Below are positions 29,401 through 44,400 of a stretch of 64,000 nt of DNA, one piece after another. The position numbers and the translations under genes are program-made. The stretch is from Camelus dromedarius (Eukaryota), in NCBI RefSeq assembly GCF_036321535.1, contig NC_087437.1, positions 18,354,001 to 18,418,000 of the forward strand. The letters run 5' to 3'. The notes beneath the pieces are model-generated. The model was not told the DNA's origin. It ran no database searches and was given only the letters and a program-made list of their open reading frames with translations. Every line of letters begins with the position of its first letter. The first letter of the stretch is position 1.

Positions 29401-32400
29401 GGATTTTCAAGAATATTCTATCTGGGTAGGAATGAAATGTTCGGGGTGATATAATATTTGTGGAATAGTAGGCATTGAGAAGATTGAGTTTGTAATAAAG
29501 AACCAGGATCATTGCTATGCTCTTTCCTATGATTAAAATGCTAGCACAGGAGTCAGCAAACTATATCCTCTGGGTACTCACTGCCTATATAATAATTCTG
29601 TAGCCTGTGAGCTAAAATGGTTTTTGCATTTTTAAATGGTTGGGGGAGGGGGAGAACTGTAAGAAGAATAATAGAATAATATTTCCTGACATGTGAAAAG
29701 TAAATCAAATTCAAATTTGTGTCCATGGACTATGATTGACAAAAAGTCTATAAAGTTTTCTTAGAATACAGCCATGTTGATTTGCTATACGCTGCCTATG
29801 GCTGTTTTGCACTACAGTGGCAGGTTGAGTAGTTGTTTGCACAGTCATATGGCCCACAAAGCCTAAAATATTTACCATCTGGCCCTTTGCAGAAAAAGTT
29901 TGCTCACCCTGTGCTAAGCTGCATAGCTAAACAAAAATGACCATAAATGAGTTTGGTGAGAAGCTGCATTTCCCATTTGCCTCTTTGTACTAGGCTATAG
30001 GAAGAAGTGGGGCCCTACTGAAGCCGGGGAGAGGGAGGTCAGTTGTCTGAGTTCCTGAAAGAGAGGCATTATCAAGTGTGATATGACATCGTCACTGGAT
30101 TCTTTTCCTACATGTTGGTCCCCTTATTTGAATGATTTGGCATGTCACAGACCCTGGACAAATTGGATAATAACTATGGCTTTTGGTTATGTTTGGAAAC
30201 ATTATTAGATTCTATGTATTAATTAGCAGAATGGCCTGAATAAAGATTTTTCACCATGCCAACGAGAAAAATTAAGATCTAATTAAAAATTAAGACAAAG
30301 GAAGATATTTGCTTTCCCTTATTAAGCAAATATCTCCTCAGTCTCTGCTCTACAAAGCACTGTTAGGTGGTGTGGGGGCATGTAAAAATCTTATAATTCA
30401 GATATTTACATCAAGAGGGAGTCTGTTTGGGAAACCTAATTTAACAAAACTACCATTTATTGAGCACTTACTATGTGTGGGCACTGTGCTAATAATAAGC
30501 ATTAGCACGTTATCTCCCTTAAACTGTACACAGCCTTGGAAGATAGCTAGCTGCTGCAGATCAGAAAACAAGCAGTTTTTGGCAAAACCACCCAGCTAAT
30601 AAGTGACAGCCCCTACATCATGTCCCAGTCTCTCTGACTCCAAAACCTATGCTGTTAACCGTTTTATTACTTTACTCGTATAAAGTTAAATGCCATTACT
30701 AGAGCCAAATCATGATGTGGAATGGCAAGAAGTTTCACAGGAGGATATGTTGTAGTCTGAAATAGTTGAAAAAGAAAATGCTAAGAATTCAGAGAACTTA
30801 ATAGTTTGTATTAGGTGGTTAAAAGCATCAGATTCAGCAAATGTGTCTTTTTCTCTCGTAGTTTTTGGTACCAAGTGGATGATGAGCTGCATTAATTATG
30901 TCCATTTATTCATCTGTCACTTATAATATACCTCCTCCTGTGTGCCCAGGGATGAAGCAGAAGACTGGTGTGTGTACCCTTTGGGAGCTTACAGTTTAAA
31001 GTAGCTAAGGAATGAGACACTAAATCGCTATGCAGTAATCCCAGGGCCTCGTGTGTGTGTAGAAAGTCTTATCTGCATTGAAAGTCGGTTTTGCTGTGAT
31101 CATTACACGCAGATATGACTAAAATAAGGCTGTAATTGAAGCCTATTATGAGTGAGTCTGGAAGAGTCCGTCTACTTTAAAGTTTACAACAAGCATTCTC
31201 ACCTTTTCCTTCCAGGATATTAAGATAAGTTGTTTCAGAAATTTTGACCCACAAAATGAAAACTGGCCATATTTGTTTTCCTTCTGTATCGATTAGAAAT
31301 GTTTTTCTAAGGCCACTGTCTAGATGTGACTACACTGTAAATTACTGTCCTAGAAAGGAAACATCCAGAGTTAATGATGTCATACAGTACTGTTTCAGAA
31401 TTTTATTTTATAGACAGCTTCCTTATGGGATAGATTTAAACTTGAGGCAGCATTTTGAAATCCTTGGGTCTTTTAGCTATAATGTTCATAACTAGAATGT
31501 AAGCCCCATAGAATTGGTACCTGGTATATAGCAGATACTGTGCTTGTATTTATTGAGTAAATTGTGTTATGTCTGGACATTAGAATTCAGCCAGCCAGCC
31601 TGTTGGATAGTTAAGACCGTTGCATGCACGACCATGTGTAGAGGAGTCGGGGCTGAGCAGGGCCATTGTGTTGTACAGTTCTTGGGGCAGGGCATCATTC
31701 AGATCCCTGGAAAGCAGTAAGAGATGGAGGGGAAGTTTTTGGTTTGTTGTTTGAATAGTTATTTATAACTGTTTTATTTATGTGCTAAAATAAAAAAGTG
31801 TAATTCAGCATCTGTTTAAACAGGTTCTATTCTGCCACTAAGCTAATGATTGAACTTTAAAAATTGAACTCTTATGTGTAGAGAAATACTGTTTTGTTAG
31901 AGGAAGTGTTGATCTATTTTTAGACATTGTAAGTATTTCTCACACAATGTCTTTATATTTTGGTTTTAGGAGAAGTCAGGCCAAAAGAGTTCTCCTACTT
32001 TTCCTTAAAGTGTAGAAAAGTTTAAAACTTTGAGTGTTTCTTCTAAACATTTAACATAAGTGAAGTTACCCAGCTATTAAGAATATTAAAAGGTCTTGAG
32101 GTAGAAATTACAAAATACCACTTAAAGAGGCTTTTTAAAGAGCAAGAATTAAATATGGAAGCTTAAAAATGCACCCACCATTAGAACCCCCTCCTCTTCA
32201 TTCTGCACTCCTAAAGTGAAGTGATTCTGCTCCCAGGCTTAGACCTGCAGGACAGGTTATTAGATGTTAATTTCAGTTCCGTGCCTTCAAGAGAAAGGAC
32301 CAAAAGTAGGCCCTGTAGGTCAACTCTTAGAATGCTTTGTTTTTCAGTTTTCTGGCTGAAAGGACGTGTAATTTCCCCAAACCCCTTGCCTCCCAAGATT

Positions 32401-35400
32401 GTGGAGTTAGAGAAATTTGGTAGGAATGTGGGAGTGTAGAGCAATGGAAGACTGAGAGAATGGAAGAAATGCTTTGTAAAATGTTTACTGAGACTCCAGA
32501 ATATAACGTTTTGATCAGTGATCTGTCCTAAGAGAAGCTATATATCTTTAAGGAAAAAAAAAAAGAGGCTTTGGTAAAAACTACCCTTTATTTTTTAAAT
32601 ATTTTTGCTAGAGGAAAATGTCAGGTAATCTTAATATTGGAGCAGCAGCAAAGATACTACATAGACTAGGCTGTGGCTGGGAAAACCTGCAGTGCTCATC
32701 CAGAGCAGACGGGGCTTGAGGCCTGAGAACAGTAGGATACTAGTTCTGTTTAGTTGGTATCTGCTGGAGCTAGATCCTGATTCTAGACTGGAGATCAGAT
32801 TATAAGGGAATTTTTTGAATTTAAAAGTCAGTGGGACTCTCGCGGTTTCTTCACAGTGTTCTCTTAACTTACATTTTCGCCATTGACTTGCGTCCTCTCT
32901 GACCTTTGGCATTTATGCTTCCAGCCCTAACTGAATGACTGATTTGTCACCGTCTCTCTTGGAGGCCCTGTGAGTTGTACCTTTTCTTTTTCACTTGTCC
33001 ATCCAGTTTATTAGTGATGACCTCTTTTGCCTCATACGTCATATACTGATCTTTATTGGCCTAGGGCGTCTGTATATAATCTGTACTTCCCAGAGCACTG
33101 ACAGCTTTTAAAGTTCTCTTCTCTAATTTGCAAAGTCAGGTCTCAACTTAATTACTAAGGCTAAGCAAAAATCTCTTCTTTAAGCACAGCGAGTAGAAAG
33201 GACCTCACGCTGGAAATAAGAAAACCCAGTGAAGTCCCAGTTCTGTCCCAGTTTGTCTAGAGAACCTGGGCCAGTGACTTAATCTTCCTGAATTTTGAGA
33301 TCTTATTGATCAACCAAAGAAGTTGGATAAGTTTATTTCTAAGACCTCTACAGATTTTAACATTATCCAGCTAAAAATTAACAGCCGTAAATGCACTTAG
33401 TTCTTTCAGAGAGTCGTGTGCTGCCATTAATGCCATGCCAGAAGAATGCAGTGAGAGAATGGTTTCTCCACCGAGCCTGTTAAGGAGCGAGCGCTGCAGC
33501 CGCCCTTGCTTGATCCATGGAAGGCCATGTACTGCTGGGGTTTTTCTTTGCTTGTTTTGCTTTGTTTTAATAATGGAGAAATGGCATGAGGATGTACTCA
33601 GGGATTATCAGTATTAAGTGCTCAAGCATATTCATGATGTATGTGGCATCATCTCCTTTAGTTAAGTATTCTGTGGCAAAATCAGTATGGTCACTTCATA
33701 AAACCCAGGAAAAGTTTGGTTTTCCATTTTTAGGAATAGATTCCTCCCTAGTCCCCTACCAGTGCTACTCAGTCCACCAGATAAGCTGGTTGTACGTGTT
33801 TATCTCACTCTAATGTTTACCTTGTTGTCTCTTAACCCTTCTCCTTTCTCCCAGCCTCTACCTCGTTTCCCAAACCAGTCAGCTGCACTGTTATCTGATC
33901 TGATCTTGTGCTCATAGGGCTCAACTTTTAAAAAAAAGATAAGTTAAATGAGGAGCTGGTCCTTAAGTAAGTGGCCCCTAGTAGGAAAGACTCGAGTGTG
34001 TGCTCCAGGACTCATCAACATTGACACTTCTGAGACGGAAGTGTTGCCATTTACATCTGACAGGTTCAGGCTTTCTCATGGACCCTTTTTCCTTGCCAGA
34101 CCTGCTCTTTCTTCCTGACCTCCTTGTGCTACACTCTGCTTGGCTGCTTAGTCTGTGGTGCTTTAAGTAGACTTTCTGGATTTGGTACCTTATCATCTTC
34201 AATCTAAGATGGCTGCCTCTCCTGACTTACAAAGTTTAATTCCAAGTCTTCACTCTTTCTAGACAGTTCTATCTTGTTATCTTCTGTTGGACCTCTTTCT
34301 AGAAACCTTTCACAGAAGCCCATTTGAAATCAAGTTGTATTTGCCTGGTCATTGTGCACATTAGCATAGATAATTCTACATAAAGAAAGTCCAACTCCCT
34401 TGACTCTGAACCCACCGACTTTGAATTGTCTGAGAAGTTTGGTGATATGAGTAAGAATCTGCTTCATTTCAGTTTCCACATCTTCTGCTTGATATGTTTC
34501 CATCACAGTTCGGAGTCCACTCTGAAGTTTGTAGTGCCTGGAAACTGCTTCATCCTGGGTCATGCTGGCAGAATAGCTGTGCCTTGTTTTTTTAAACTCC
34601 CTGACCCTTCTAGTTCTTCAGTTTTCTGAGGAAAAGATGGTGTATGACTTGGCCACAACTAAGTTCTGGGTCCACTAGAACACATGGAGGGCTAGGAAAT
34701 TCCCTTATAAGCCATTTGTATCTTGTTAACACTCCCATATGTGCCATGAACCACTGCCTTAGGATTATCTGGGCTCTGCATCTTCCCCATGACCCTCTAG
34801 GCTGACTGCCCTTCTCTCCCACAGGCCATCGGGATCTCCTGTCCCAAGGCAGGGGCCTCAAATCCAGTTCCAGTAGATCTTCATCTTCCTGTACAAGAGC
34901 TACAGTGTCAGAGACAAAAAGCTTAGCAAAAGCACGTAGTCATGAAGACACCAGCAGGAGGTACAAAATACCTAGTCCACTGACCTAAAACGTGGTCAGT
35001 TTAGGGTTCAGCATTTTTTAATGTGATTTAATTCTATAGTTAAATATACAGCCTAATCCTCTAGAAGAGTAGAGAAAGAGAGATGGCTTCTCCACTCTGA
35101 GGATTCCGTCCACCACTAGTGTTCATCCTGGCCAGGCACAGTGTCTATGTAATAGAGGGCACTCTCTCTCTCTTCTTCTTTCTCTCTCCTCTCTCTCTCT
35201 CTTTCTCTTGACAAGAACCACAGGGCAGAACAACTTCAGCCTCCACTTGGCATTGCTTTTATGCCCTAGAAAGGCCCAAAGATCCTTTGCAGGGGCTAGG
35301 ACTTGGCTGTCCATGATTATCAAGGCTTTCCAGCACAGCACTGGGGTTGGTGAAAGGCTCCATGGAGAACGTGTTTTATTGTGCTTGACTTTCTGACCCC

Positions 35401-38400
35401 GGATCTGAGAAGCTATCTAGTGCTCTGTTTGACCTTCATGTGGGTCAGAGGGCTATGGCAGTGACCACTGCCACCTGCTTCCCAGCTGACCTGAAATCTC
35501 TCTGGATTTGATTCCAAACCTTTCTCTGCTTTGTAATCCCGTTTTTATCCTCATCTGGTCAGTGTATTCACTATACTCTTTTTACAAAACTATGGTTTAA
35601 TCATGTTGCTCATTCACATAGCCTCAGTCTTTTGGATTGGAATCCTAGATTCACATTCTGATTTTGCATCATTTTCACCCACTTGCTCCCAGACTGATAC
35701 CTTGATGGAGAAGGTGGACCAGACACCCAAGCAGTGTGCTTTCTGGAACCCTAGCAGGGTTACTGAAGTCCCTCCGTATCAAATTTGGTTACAAATCAGG
35801 GCCTCTTACTGCAGACATTTTGATAGGCTATGACTTTAAGAAGATCACCTTGTGCCTGCAGAGAATATACTTCCAGATATTCTACTGTTTTGTATCCTAA
35901 ATTAGGAGACAGGTTTCCCAGCCACCTTACAGCTGTCCTCCATCCCCAGCATTTCAGCTACCACAACCCCCGGAAAACTTGAAAGAAAGCTGAAGGCTCC
36001 ACTTTAATGTTGCAGTGATTAGCCACTAACGCAGTTCTCTGGTGTCCTCTGGCCTGAGCCGGAATGTTCTCTGGTAAGGTCATTTAATGGCCATTTCCCA
36101 ACTGATAGTAAAACTCCCATTCTTGAGAATGGATGTGTTTCCTACTTACCCATTGTACTGATTTCACTCTGTTTGCTTTAAGCCCCGTTGCCCCTGTCAT
36201 TCATAATAAGTTCTCTTGCTAACATAGGTTCAGGTGCCAGAGCACTCATTAAACAGTGCATTGCACTTCCTTAGTCAACACTGTACGTTTGGTGGGAGCA
36301 AGGGCTCTCAGTCCCTCGTCAACATTGTGTCTTCAAGTTTTAAAACCATGCCTAGCACTCAGTGGGCGCGCAGGTATATTCTGAGTAAGTAAATGTGGGC
36401 ATGTAGATAGGAGCTATGTCCTATTTTCCCTTCCTCCCTGCTTTTGACCTCTTGTCTAACTGGTTCTACACCATCTCCAGTCTCTTCAAACCAACCTTGC
36501 TTCCCATGTCACTTCTGAACAACATGGTAGTTTTGCCCATACAGACTAACACAATTTTTATTTACCTGATTGCAGTGAATTGGAGGTAGAATAATCATTG
36601 CTCTGCCCCCTCATTTTACTGAAGGCCCAGAGAGGTCAAGAGACCTGCTCAGGAGCATAGAGCAAATCTATGTGCCTACATGTTTGCTGCACCTGTCCTA
36701 TCCCTTGGCTGAGTTACATCTTTGGTTGGATGTGGCTAGTGAATATTGTCCAGAAGCCTCTTTCAAGTCTTTCCTGTGCCCAGGTTTCTTAAGCTCCTGA
36801 AGCCAGTGTAATAGTATTTCCCAGTTCTTAGAAAGTAATCATGTGTCCCTGTCCCTACCCCAGCCCCACCACTTTATTCTCTGATAATACAGTTACAGTC
36901 AGCACAGGCAACTGTTTCTCCCAGATTATCCCTTCTCATTCTCAAGTGAAAATTATTTCCCAAGCCACTTGGAAGGAGTTTTCAGGCTTCTGCATCTAGC
37001 TGTCAAATACCTGAGACTTTGTCCCAAGTTTTAGTTTTCTTTCCATGCTGAAGGTGATCCTGATTTGGCCTTGTCTTTTTCAAGAACAGTGGCTAGTGCT
37101 TGACTGAAGTAACCTGCCAGCCAACCAGCCTTTTGACAGTTGCTATAGCACAAAAGATTAGATAACTTGGAAAACACTCTAATCCCAAAGAAATAGTAAT
37201 AAGGTCCTAACTATTTTATTGGAGTGAGAATAGTGATGGAATGAATATAACGTATAGCGCAGAATCACTTGATTCAGGAAGAGGTGGAGTCAAAATTAAC
37301 AGATGTAGTACCTGGGTGGCTGGGAGAGTAACACCATTAGCAGAGAGAGACAGTCAAAGAGAAGAAGCAGGTTTCGGGAGAGAAGATAGTAGGACATCAT
37401 GAGTTAGATCAAACATTGTGGAGCCTTTGTGTTTAGCAACAGTTGGAAATATGAAGCTAGACATCAAGAAAGAGAATTACCCATATCGAGCTGATTTTTG
37501 AAGTCATAACATTGTCGTGAATGTAGAGTGAGGATAAAGAGAGCTTTGGGACACATGTCCATTTAAGGAAGGGAAGGGGTGAGAGGGTTGTAATGTAAAG
37601 AGGTTAAAGTTGGGACACTTAGGTCTTATGACATAGGAGTTTCGTTGTAAGAGTGGGAGGTGGGGCAGGCCAAGGAGAAGGATCCAGTGGGGTGGGGCAG
37701 AGTAAAGATACGAGAAAGACATGTGGGGAAGTAGTTTCTGGATCAAGATGGAAGGGCTTTGAGCTGGACGTACCCACCTTCAACATAACCAGAGTGAAGA
37801 AAAGTGCAGATGTGTTAATGAGAGGAGGGAAGTTGAGGCAGCTTATGTCCCAGAAAGAAAGCAATGTCCCTGCAAAAATGAGGTGATCACAGAGGGACTG
37901 AGGGTATGAGGGAGGAAGGAGGGATTCGGAGTAGGAGGTAAACATCCTGAGGAATCTGGGAGTCTCCTGCAGGTGAGTGCAAGGCTGGTGGTCCTGCAGT
38001 GAGGGTCCCACTGAGGTGAGGTTGCATCCCTGAGAGACCAGGCAGCCAGGCTGGGTGGTTTTTCTACTGTAATATCAGCAGTTTGGGATCTGAAGCAGGA
38101 CTGAGTGAGGGGAGGACAGTGGATAGGATTTGACTATATGGAGCATCTGAGCAAGGCATCCAGGTCAGAGAGAAAAATATGAGGGTTGAATAGATAGGTA
38201 GGCGGTGAGAAAGGGAGGTGTTTGGGGGCTAGAAGTGACAATGAAGACAAGGTGAGATGCATAAAAGTAAGGAGGAGATTAGGGTTGGTCCAGGGTGAGG
38301 AATAATTCCACTATGTAAGTTTTCTTCAGCCACTGTGGAACCTGCAAATCATTATGGATTGTTTGTTTGTTTGTTTTGTATTAAAGACCATTCCTCCTGT

Positions 38401-41400
38401 CCTGTGGCTGAAGCGTGGTTCTCTGGTCTTAATAGTCAATAGTTGTCTTCTCCATTGCACTGTTCTTTTCAACTCTGTTTTCGTCTCTCCCCATCTGGTT
38501 TGAAAATCTGGAGATTACCCACCGCCTCCTATTCTGAGTTCAGCCTTCTCACTCCTCTCATTTTAGTCTGGGTTAGTGAACAACCTTGCTGCACACTGGA
38601 CTCTAAGGTTTAAAAAAAAAAAAATTACAGGTGTCTGGGCCCCACCCACAGAGAATCTGATTTAATTGGCATGGGACTTTTTTTTTATTTAAACTCCCCA
38701 GGTGATCTTCCCACAACTTCTCCTGACCAGGTGTTCTCTCAGGTGAAAGGAGTAACTCCCATTACTGTGTGGCCCACACTGGGAGCTGCCTGACGAGCAG
38801 GGGACGGTTTCTCTCACCAGGGCTGTGTTACCAGCATGACTGAGCAGGAGGCCTCTGGAGTCAGATGCCTGGGTTCCAGTCTCAGCTCTGTGATCCTAAG
38901 CAACCTCTGGATTTTCTGGAAGCCTTAATTTCCTAATATGCTGATGGGGAATAATAGTGCCTACAAAAGCGTTAGGTCATATAAGGTCACATGCTTATTA
39001 GCACAGTGCCTGGCACATAGAAAATACTCAATAAATATTAGTTGTTTTTGTTAATATTTGTGTTGTAATTGCATTAGCATTTTTTCTAATATGCTGTTTT
39101 TCCAAAGGACCATGCAAGTTAAAACTTAATTTCTTCTACATACTACTTTGTATGTATACATTGCTTAATGAAGGAAAATCCTAGGCTATCTTGTTTTTAA
39201 ATCTTAAAAAATAATAATGCTTCATGATTGTAATGATTACATGTAGCAGGACTTGGTGCTACAGTGAAAGTAGGCAAGGAATACTTTTCTGAATATTTAG
39301 CTTAGTTCCAGTTTGCTTGGTGAGAAAGTAGCCACAGAGTAGCTCTGTCAGAGACCCACAGATTTCATTTCATAAGGGCTGAGTGTGGACCGTGATTTTT
39401 CTAGAAACTCCCTCTGTCAGGAAACCCGCCTGATGGCAGTTTAGTTACATCTTTTGCTTTTTCTCAGTACTGTGTATGCAACACCTCTGCAATATTTATG
39501 CCATGTAATTATTGTTTTAAGTGTTTTTAAAAATAAATGAAGAAATATAATCTGCCCCTTATGCCTGTCATTCAGTCTGGCAGGTCCTTGGTGGGGTAGC
39601 CCTACATTTCTGACGAGCTGCCTGCCCCCACTGCAAAATGATTGTTCCAGAGGTAAAAACCTGATAAAAACAACATTAAACTTAAAATGGACACTAACAT
39701 ACTTGCATTTACAAGCAGTGAAGTTTATCATCTTCGTGTTGTTATTTATGCAGCATTAACCTTTTTCTCCAGATCATTGAGACTGAAAATATGATGGACC
39801 GAATTGTGACTGGCTTGTCTGAGTCTAGTGTCAAGGTGCGGTTAGCTGCCGTCAGGTATGAGCTTTAAATGGCCTGAATAAAAATCTTTTGCCGTGTGTT
39901 TAACCTGTTTCCTTTCCAGACCTTCACCAAGTAAGCACAGAGTCCAAATGTTACTTGACAGTATTCTCAGGTGAATTCATACAGTGTGTAACATTATTTA
40001 ACAGAGAAGCTAGCCTGAAAAGCCGTGAAGTCCTGAAGTAGTTGAATTAACAATGTCTGTAGATATACTTGAAGTGTATGTTAGTCATTGTGAAGTACCA
40101 AGCAGTGTGTTTGAAGAGTAAAAGTTTCAGCTTCTTGTGAAGCTAATTTTGATTATTCTTTGTAGATGTTTGCACAGTTTATCTAGATCTGTGCAGCAGC
40201 TTCGAACCAGTTTCCAGGATCACGCCGTGTGGAAACCTTTGATGAAGGTAAGAAGAAAGCAAATTCACACCCAGTCCCACAGACCTTTGGTGAGTGAGGT
40301 GGCTGACAACACTCCCTGGTCTAGGAATGTGTCTGATTTTTGTGTAAAGCATTTTGAATGTATATCTCCTCATTTCTGATGTTCTAAGACTCTCTTTAGA
40401 TCTGCAGAACATGTTGGTGAAGTCAGCATCTTATGTGTGACGTGGGAAGTATATGCTTGGCTTTCTTTATTAAATAAAACTTTACTCATCTGATCTCCCT
40501 GTGTATTTAGTATTACACTTTAGACTTACATCCAGAGTCATCTTTGTAATTTTTAGTTATAAAAAAGGAAAGGAATCAGCTGTTTATGCATTTAACCTGT
40601 TCTTAGTCTTTTGGCAATCCCTGAATATTTTTTTAAAAACAATTGTTACCTCCTGTCTCTCTACCAGAAGAACTTCTTTGTTAAGACCTAAAGGTCTTCC
40701 CTTGGTGGGGAGGAGGGGGGTGGTTACATAAATATGAATGGAGACTTAGAGTATACATCAGGTTGCTGCTAATAATGTTATCCCTAATACATTACAGAAC
40801 CACAGGTCAACTTGGTCTTTGGTCCATCTTTTTTTTTTCTTTTTTTAAGTGACTATACACCTTGTATTTCGCCAACGAAACTTTTTGTTTAAGATTTTGG
40901 TTTTTCATTTTGCTTTTTAGTACCTATTGTGAAAGCCACCGGGCACACTAAATCTACCAAAAATTTTCACTACAGAGCTCTTGCCGTCAGCTGAAAGCTC
41001 CAGGTTACAGTTAGAGGCATCAGTAGGGGAGCAGTAGTCAGGGGAGGAAGAGTATGAAGCGGCTTTGAGGGCAACAGGAAGGCATGAGGATTATGCAGAG
41101 AGAGGAACAGCAGGAACAGAAAATTACGCTTGTGTATGTAGGAAGCCTAAGGACGCCTCGGGACTGCAGTAGAGGTGGGATGTGGGCACCAGGTGGAGGA
41201 GTTGGACCAGTGCTTGCCTCAGTAGGGATTTTACCATTGCCACTCTTTCTTACTCTTAGATTGCACTTTTTTCATAGCAGCTTAGCCTTGATTTGTTGAT
41301 TCTGTCCATTCAAGATTTCTTAAAGTGCTCTCCTGTTTCCCAAAAATAACTTCCAAATATTTTCTTTGGAGCCATTTTCATGTTCTCTGATTGCTCAGCT

Positions 41401-44400
41401 CAGTACTCCTCTATCATATGAATCAGAAATGGAGCAGCGTGTGGCTTCTGACTCGTTCTGCCTGGGCTAGGGTTTGGTGAGCAGTCTGAAAGGATTTTGT
41501 GTACTTGGGTACATGGGGTATGATTACCATCAACCTACTGCTTTGTTGCCCATTTAAATTGTAGTATGAAAAGCCTGGAAGTAAATCAGTGATTTATTTC
41601 AGATATTTTCAGGTTCCTATTAGTTCAGAGACTAGTTGCATGTCTACTGATTTTTTTTTTCTCCCCTCCTGCTTTTCCATGTTTTTAAATGTTGGTTAAC
41701 AAACCACAGGGGAGTAGGCACTTGATTTTAACTTTTTTAAAATTTGTGATAATTTTTTGCTTTTATTTTGGTGAAATTCTATTTGGTCAGTGTTAGATGT
41801 CAACTTCTGAATTTCACATGTTGTATCTCACACTGCACTGAGTAAATGCTGTTAAGAATTTCCAAAAATCTCTTCTGTTTTAATTTATTATTAAATGTTA
41901 TCTAATTTGAAAATAAAACTTGATAAAAGCACATTAATCTCTATAAAACAGTTATTTTAAAAAGTGAATCATACCAAGCAAAGCAACTTTTTTAAAACAA
42001 GTAATAACTATTTATTAATGTTTCTTCTAAAAGTTAGACATGTTTAAAGTCTTTTTTTTCTTCTTAACAAAACGCAGAATGCCCCTCTGCCCAAAAATAT
42101 GCTGCTCTGAATTCAATGATTGCAAATTTCCCTGCACATAGACGAGAAATAAAGCAACTTTTTAAAGCCTTGGTAGACACTCAGTTATTTCAACCAATGA
42201 TTCTAAGTAGTATAATTTTGGAAAATGATTATTTCTCTTAATTCATAAGCATTCACTGAGCACCCACTTTGTACAATGCTGTTTAGCTGATACAGGCCAG
42301 GATAAACTAGACTGTAGATACTGTTACAGATTATTCTGTCAAGAAGCTTAAATTTGTTAGTAGGAAAGGAGGTTGGTGGGGCTGCACAAAAAATATGAAT
42401 AGTGGACAGTAAGAAGGGCCCTAAGAGAGGTCCCAGATGATAGCAGTGGTCACTCAGAGGAGGACAGAATGACTTCTGATTGGAAGAGCTCCAAGGAGGC
42501 TTCTGGAATGGGCCAGCCAGCCGTAAGGCGTGGGTAGAATACACACCTGAGAGATGTAGGAAGGGCATGGCAAGGGAAGGGAAGGGTGAGCAGGGTCTTC
42601 AAGTGGGTTGTGGCAAACGCAGAGATCACCCTGCCTAGTATATGAGGTTTGATCTTTATCAACTAGCTAACAATTCACAGGAGAGTTAAAATGCAGCATC
42701 TTAGGAGAACTGCTTCAGCTTTGTAATTCTTGCTTGTTCTTGGGAACATCAGACTTGATTTAGCTAAAGAAAGCAGATCATATATTTATCTCTGAAATTT
42801 TTTTTTTCTTGACGATACATTTCCAATTTGCATAACTAGAGCTTCTAGGATTCCTTTTAGGATCATAAGCCTGATCCTGCTGATTCCCAATGCAGAGAAT
42901 TAATTTGAAGTGGATATTGCATATAAGTGGTAGTGTTCATGAAGCCTTCCCTCTTAGAATCTAGAGAGAAGAGGTTCTGGTAATAGCTAATGGCAACTAA
43001 CATTTGTCATCATGCTCTGTTGTCTTCTGAGTTCAGTAAGAGGCCATGGCAGTTAGTTTGCTGCATAACTGCTGTGTGTCTGATCCTGTGCCCAATAACA
43101 ACTATGGCGATAAGCTACCATTTTAAAAAACCTTATTTATATAGCCATTACTGTGTGCCAGTTACTGTTCTAAAATCTTGTCATATATTAATTTTCACAC
43201 AACCCTATGAAGCAGGCACTATTATTACCCCCATGTTACAGCCAAGGAATTCATACACTTACGTAGTGGTTGAGCTGACGTTTGTTCTCAAGCATTCTGT
43301 ATTCTTAGGGCCCATGCTGTGCTGCTTCCCTTATTATTCACTGGATCACACTTAATCTTAAATGATCCTGTCAAGAAAGCGTTGTTTTCCTCAATTTGAA
43401 AGCTCAGAGAGCTTAAGAAATGTGCTTAAGTTCACACCTCTAGTAAGTGGAGGAGTGAGGATTGGAACCAGGGCTGTGTGATTACAGTCCTGAGAACCAG
43501 TTCCCCGCCTTCCCTGCGCAATAGCTTTAATCTATCCACGTTCCTAGTCAAACAGGTCCTTCCAGAGACATCAGAAGGTCTCAGGTCCCAGGGCCATTCT
43601 GTGCTTTCATAGGTGGCCAAATGTGGTGAAATAAATTGAGCTAATTTGCCACAGAGCAGTCTCATGGCCTTCACACTTTTCATATAGACTATCTCCTCCG
43701 TGCAGCAGACCCCATCCCAGCAGTGGGTCTGTAGCTTCTCCTTCAGCAAGATAGATGAGAGGGCCTTAGTCAGTCATAATTACAGCACTAGGTAAAGTTT
43801 TACATGATATCAAGTGAGTCTTCCCTAACTCTCCAAGGTGAGGAATCAGGTTGAAAGATAAATTGTTTCTATTCTCCTTTATTTTTATGATCTCGCCTTC
43901 ATGGTTCCAAACCATTAATAGTATCTTTTTTTAAAATTCCATAGGTTTTACAAAATGCACCAGATGAAATCCTAGTAGTAGCGTCTTCCATGCTATGTAA
44001 TCTTCTTCTTGAATTTTCTCCAAGCAAAGAGGTTAGTGTTGATTTTCTCTTTCTAGACTTTTGCCTGGTCTACCTGGAGCTTAATCAAATAATTTTCAAA
44101 GTAGTTAACATTGAAATTTGAGGATTGGGTTGTTTAAAAACCATTTCTGAATTGTTTGGATTGGTCGGGGAGAGGGGGCAAATTAAAATATTTTAAAGTA
44201 ATGGTTATCATTTCATGTTATCCCTTTTATGCCTGGCATGTGCAGTTTATTTAAAAGATATTATAGCTTACAGTCAGTCTAAACTGCCTGCAACTGTAAG
44301 TGTACGAAATAATTACACAAGAAATAGACTATTTTTAAATTATATTTACTGAAGAATAAATTGACTCTATTTTGTAAACCAGGATTACAAGTCATTTCCA

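Noticed and set aside
655..33900. Numerous 60-130 aa ORFs in ARMC8 introns
   Set aside because: No recognisable domains and often non-ATG starts; expected by chance, or they are L1 fragments or overlaps with ARMC8 exons.
43480..43740. Further antisense exon-like blocks (here, and at about 50230-50707 and 61200-61490)
   Set aside because: Weak or AAG acceptors, no clear donor and ambiguous frames; not counted as support for the ghost gene.
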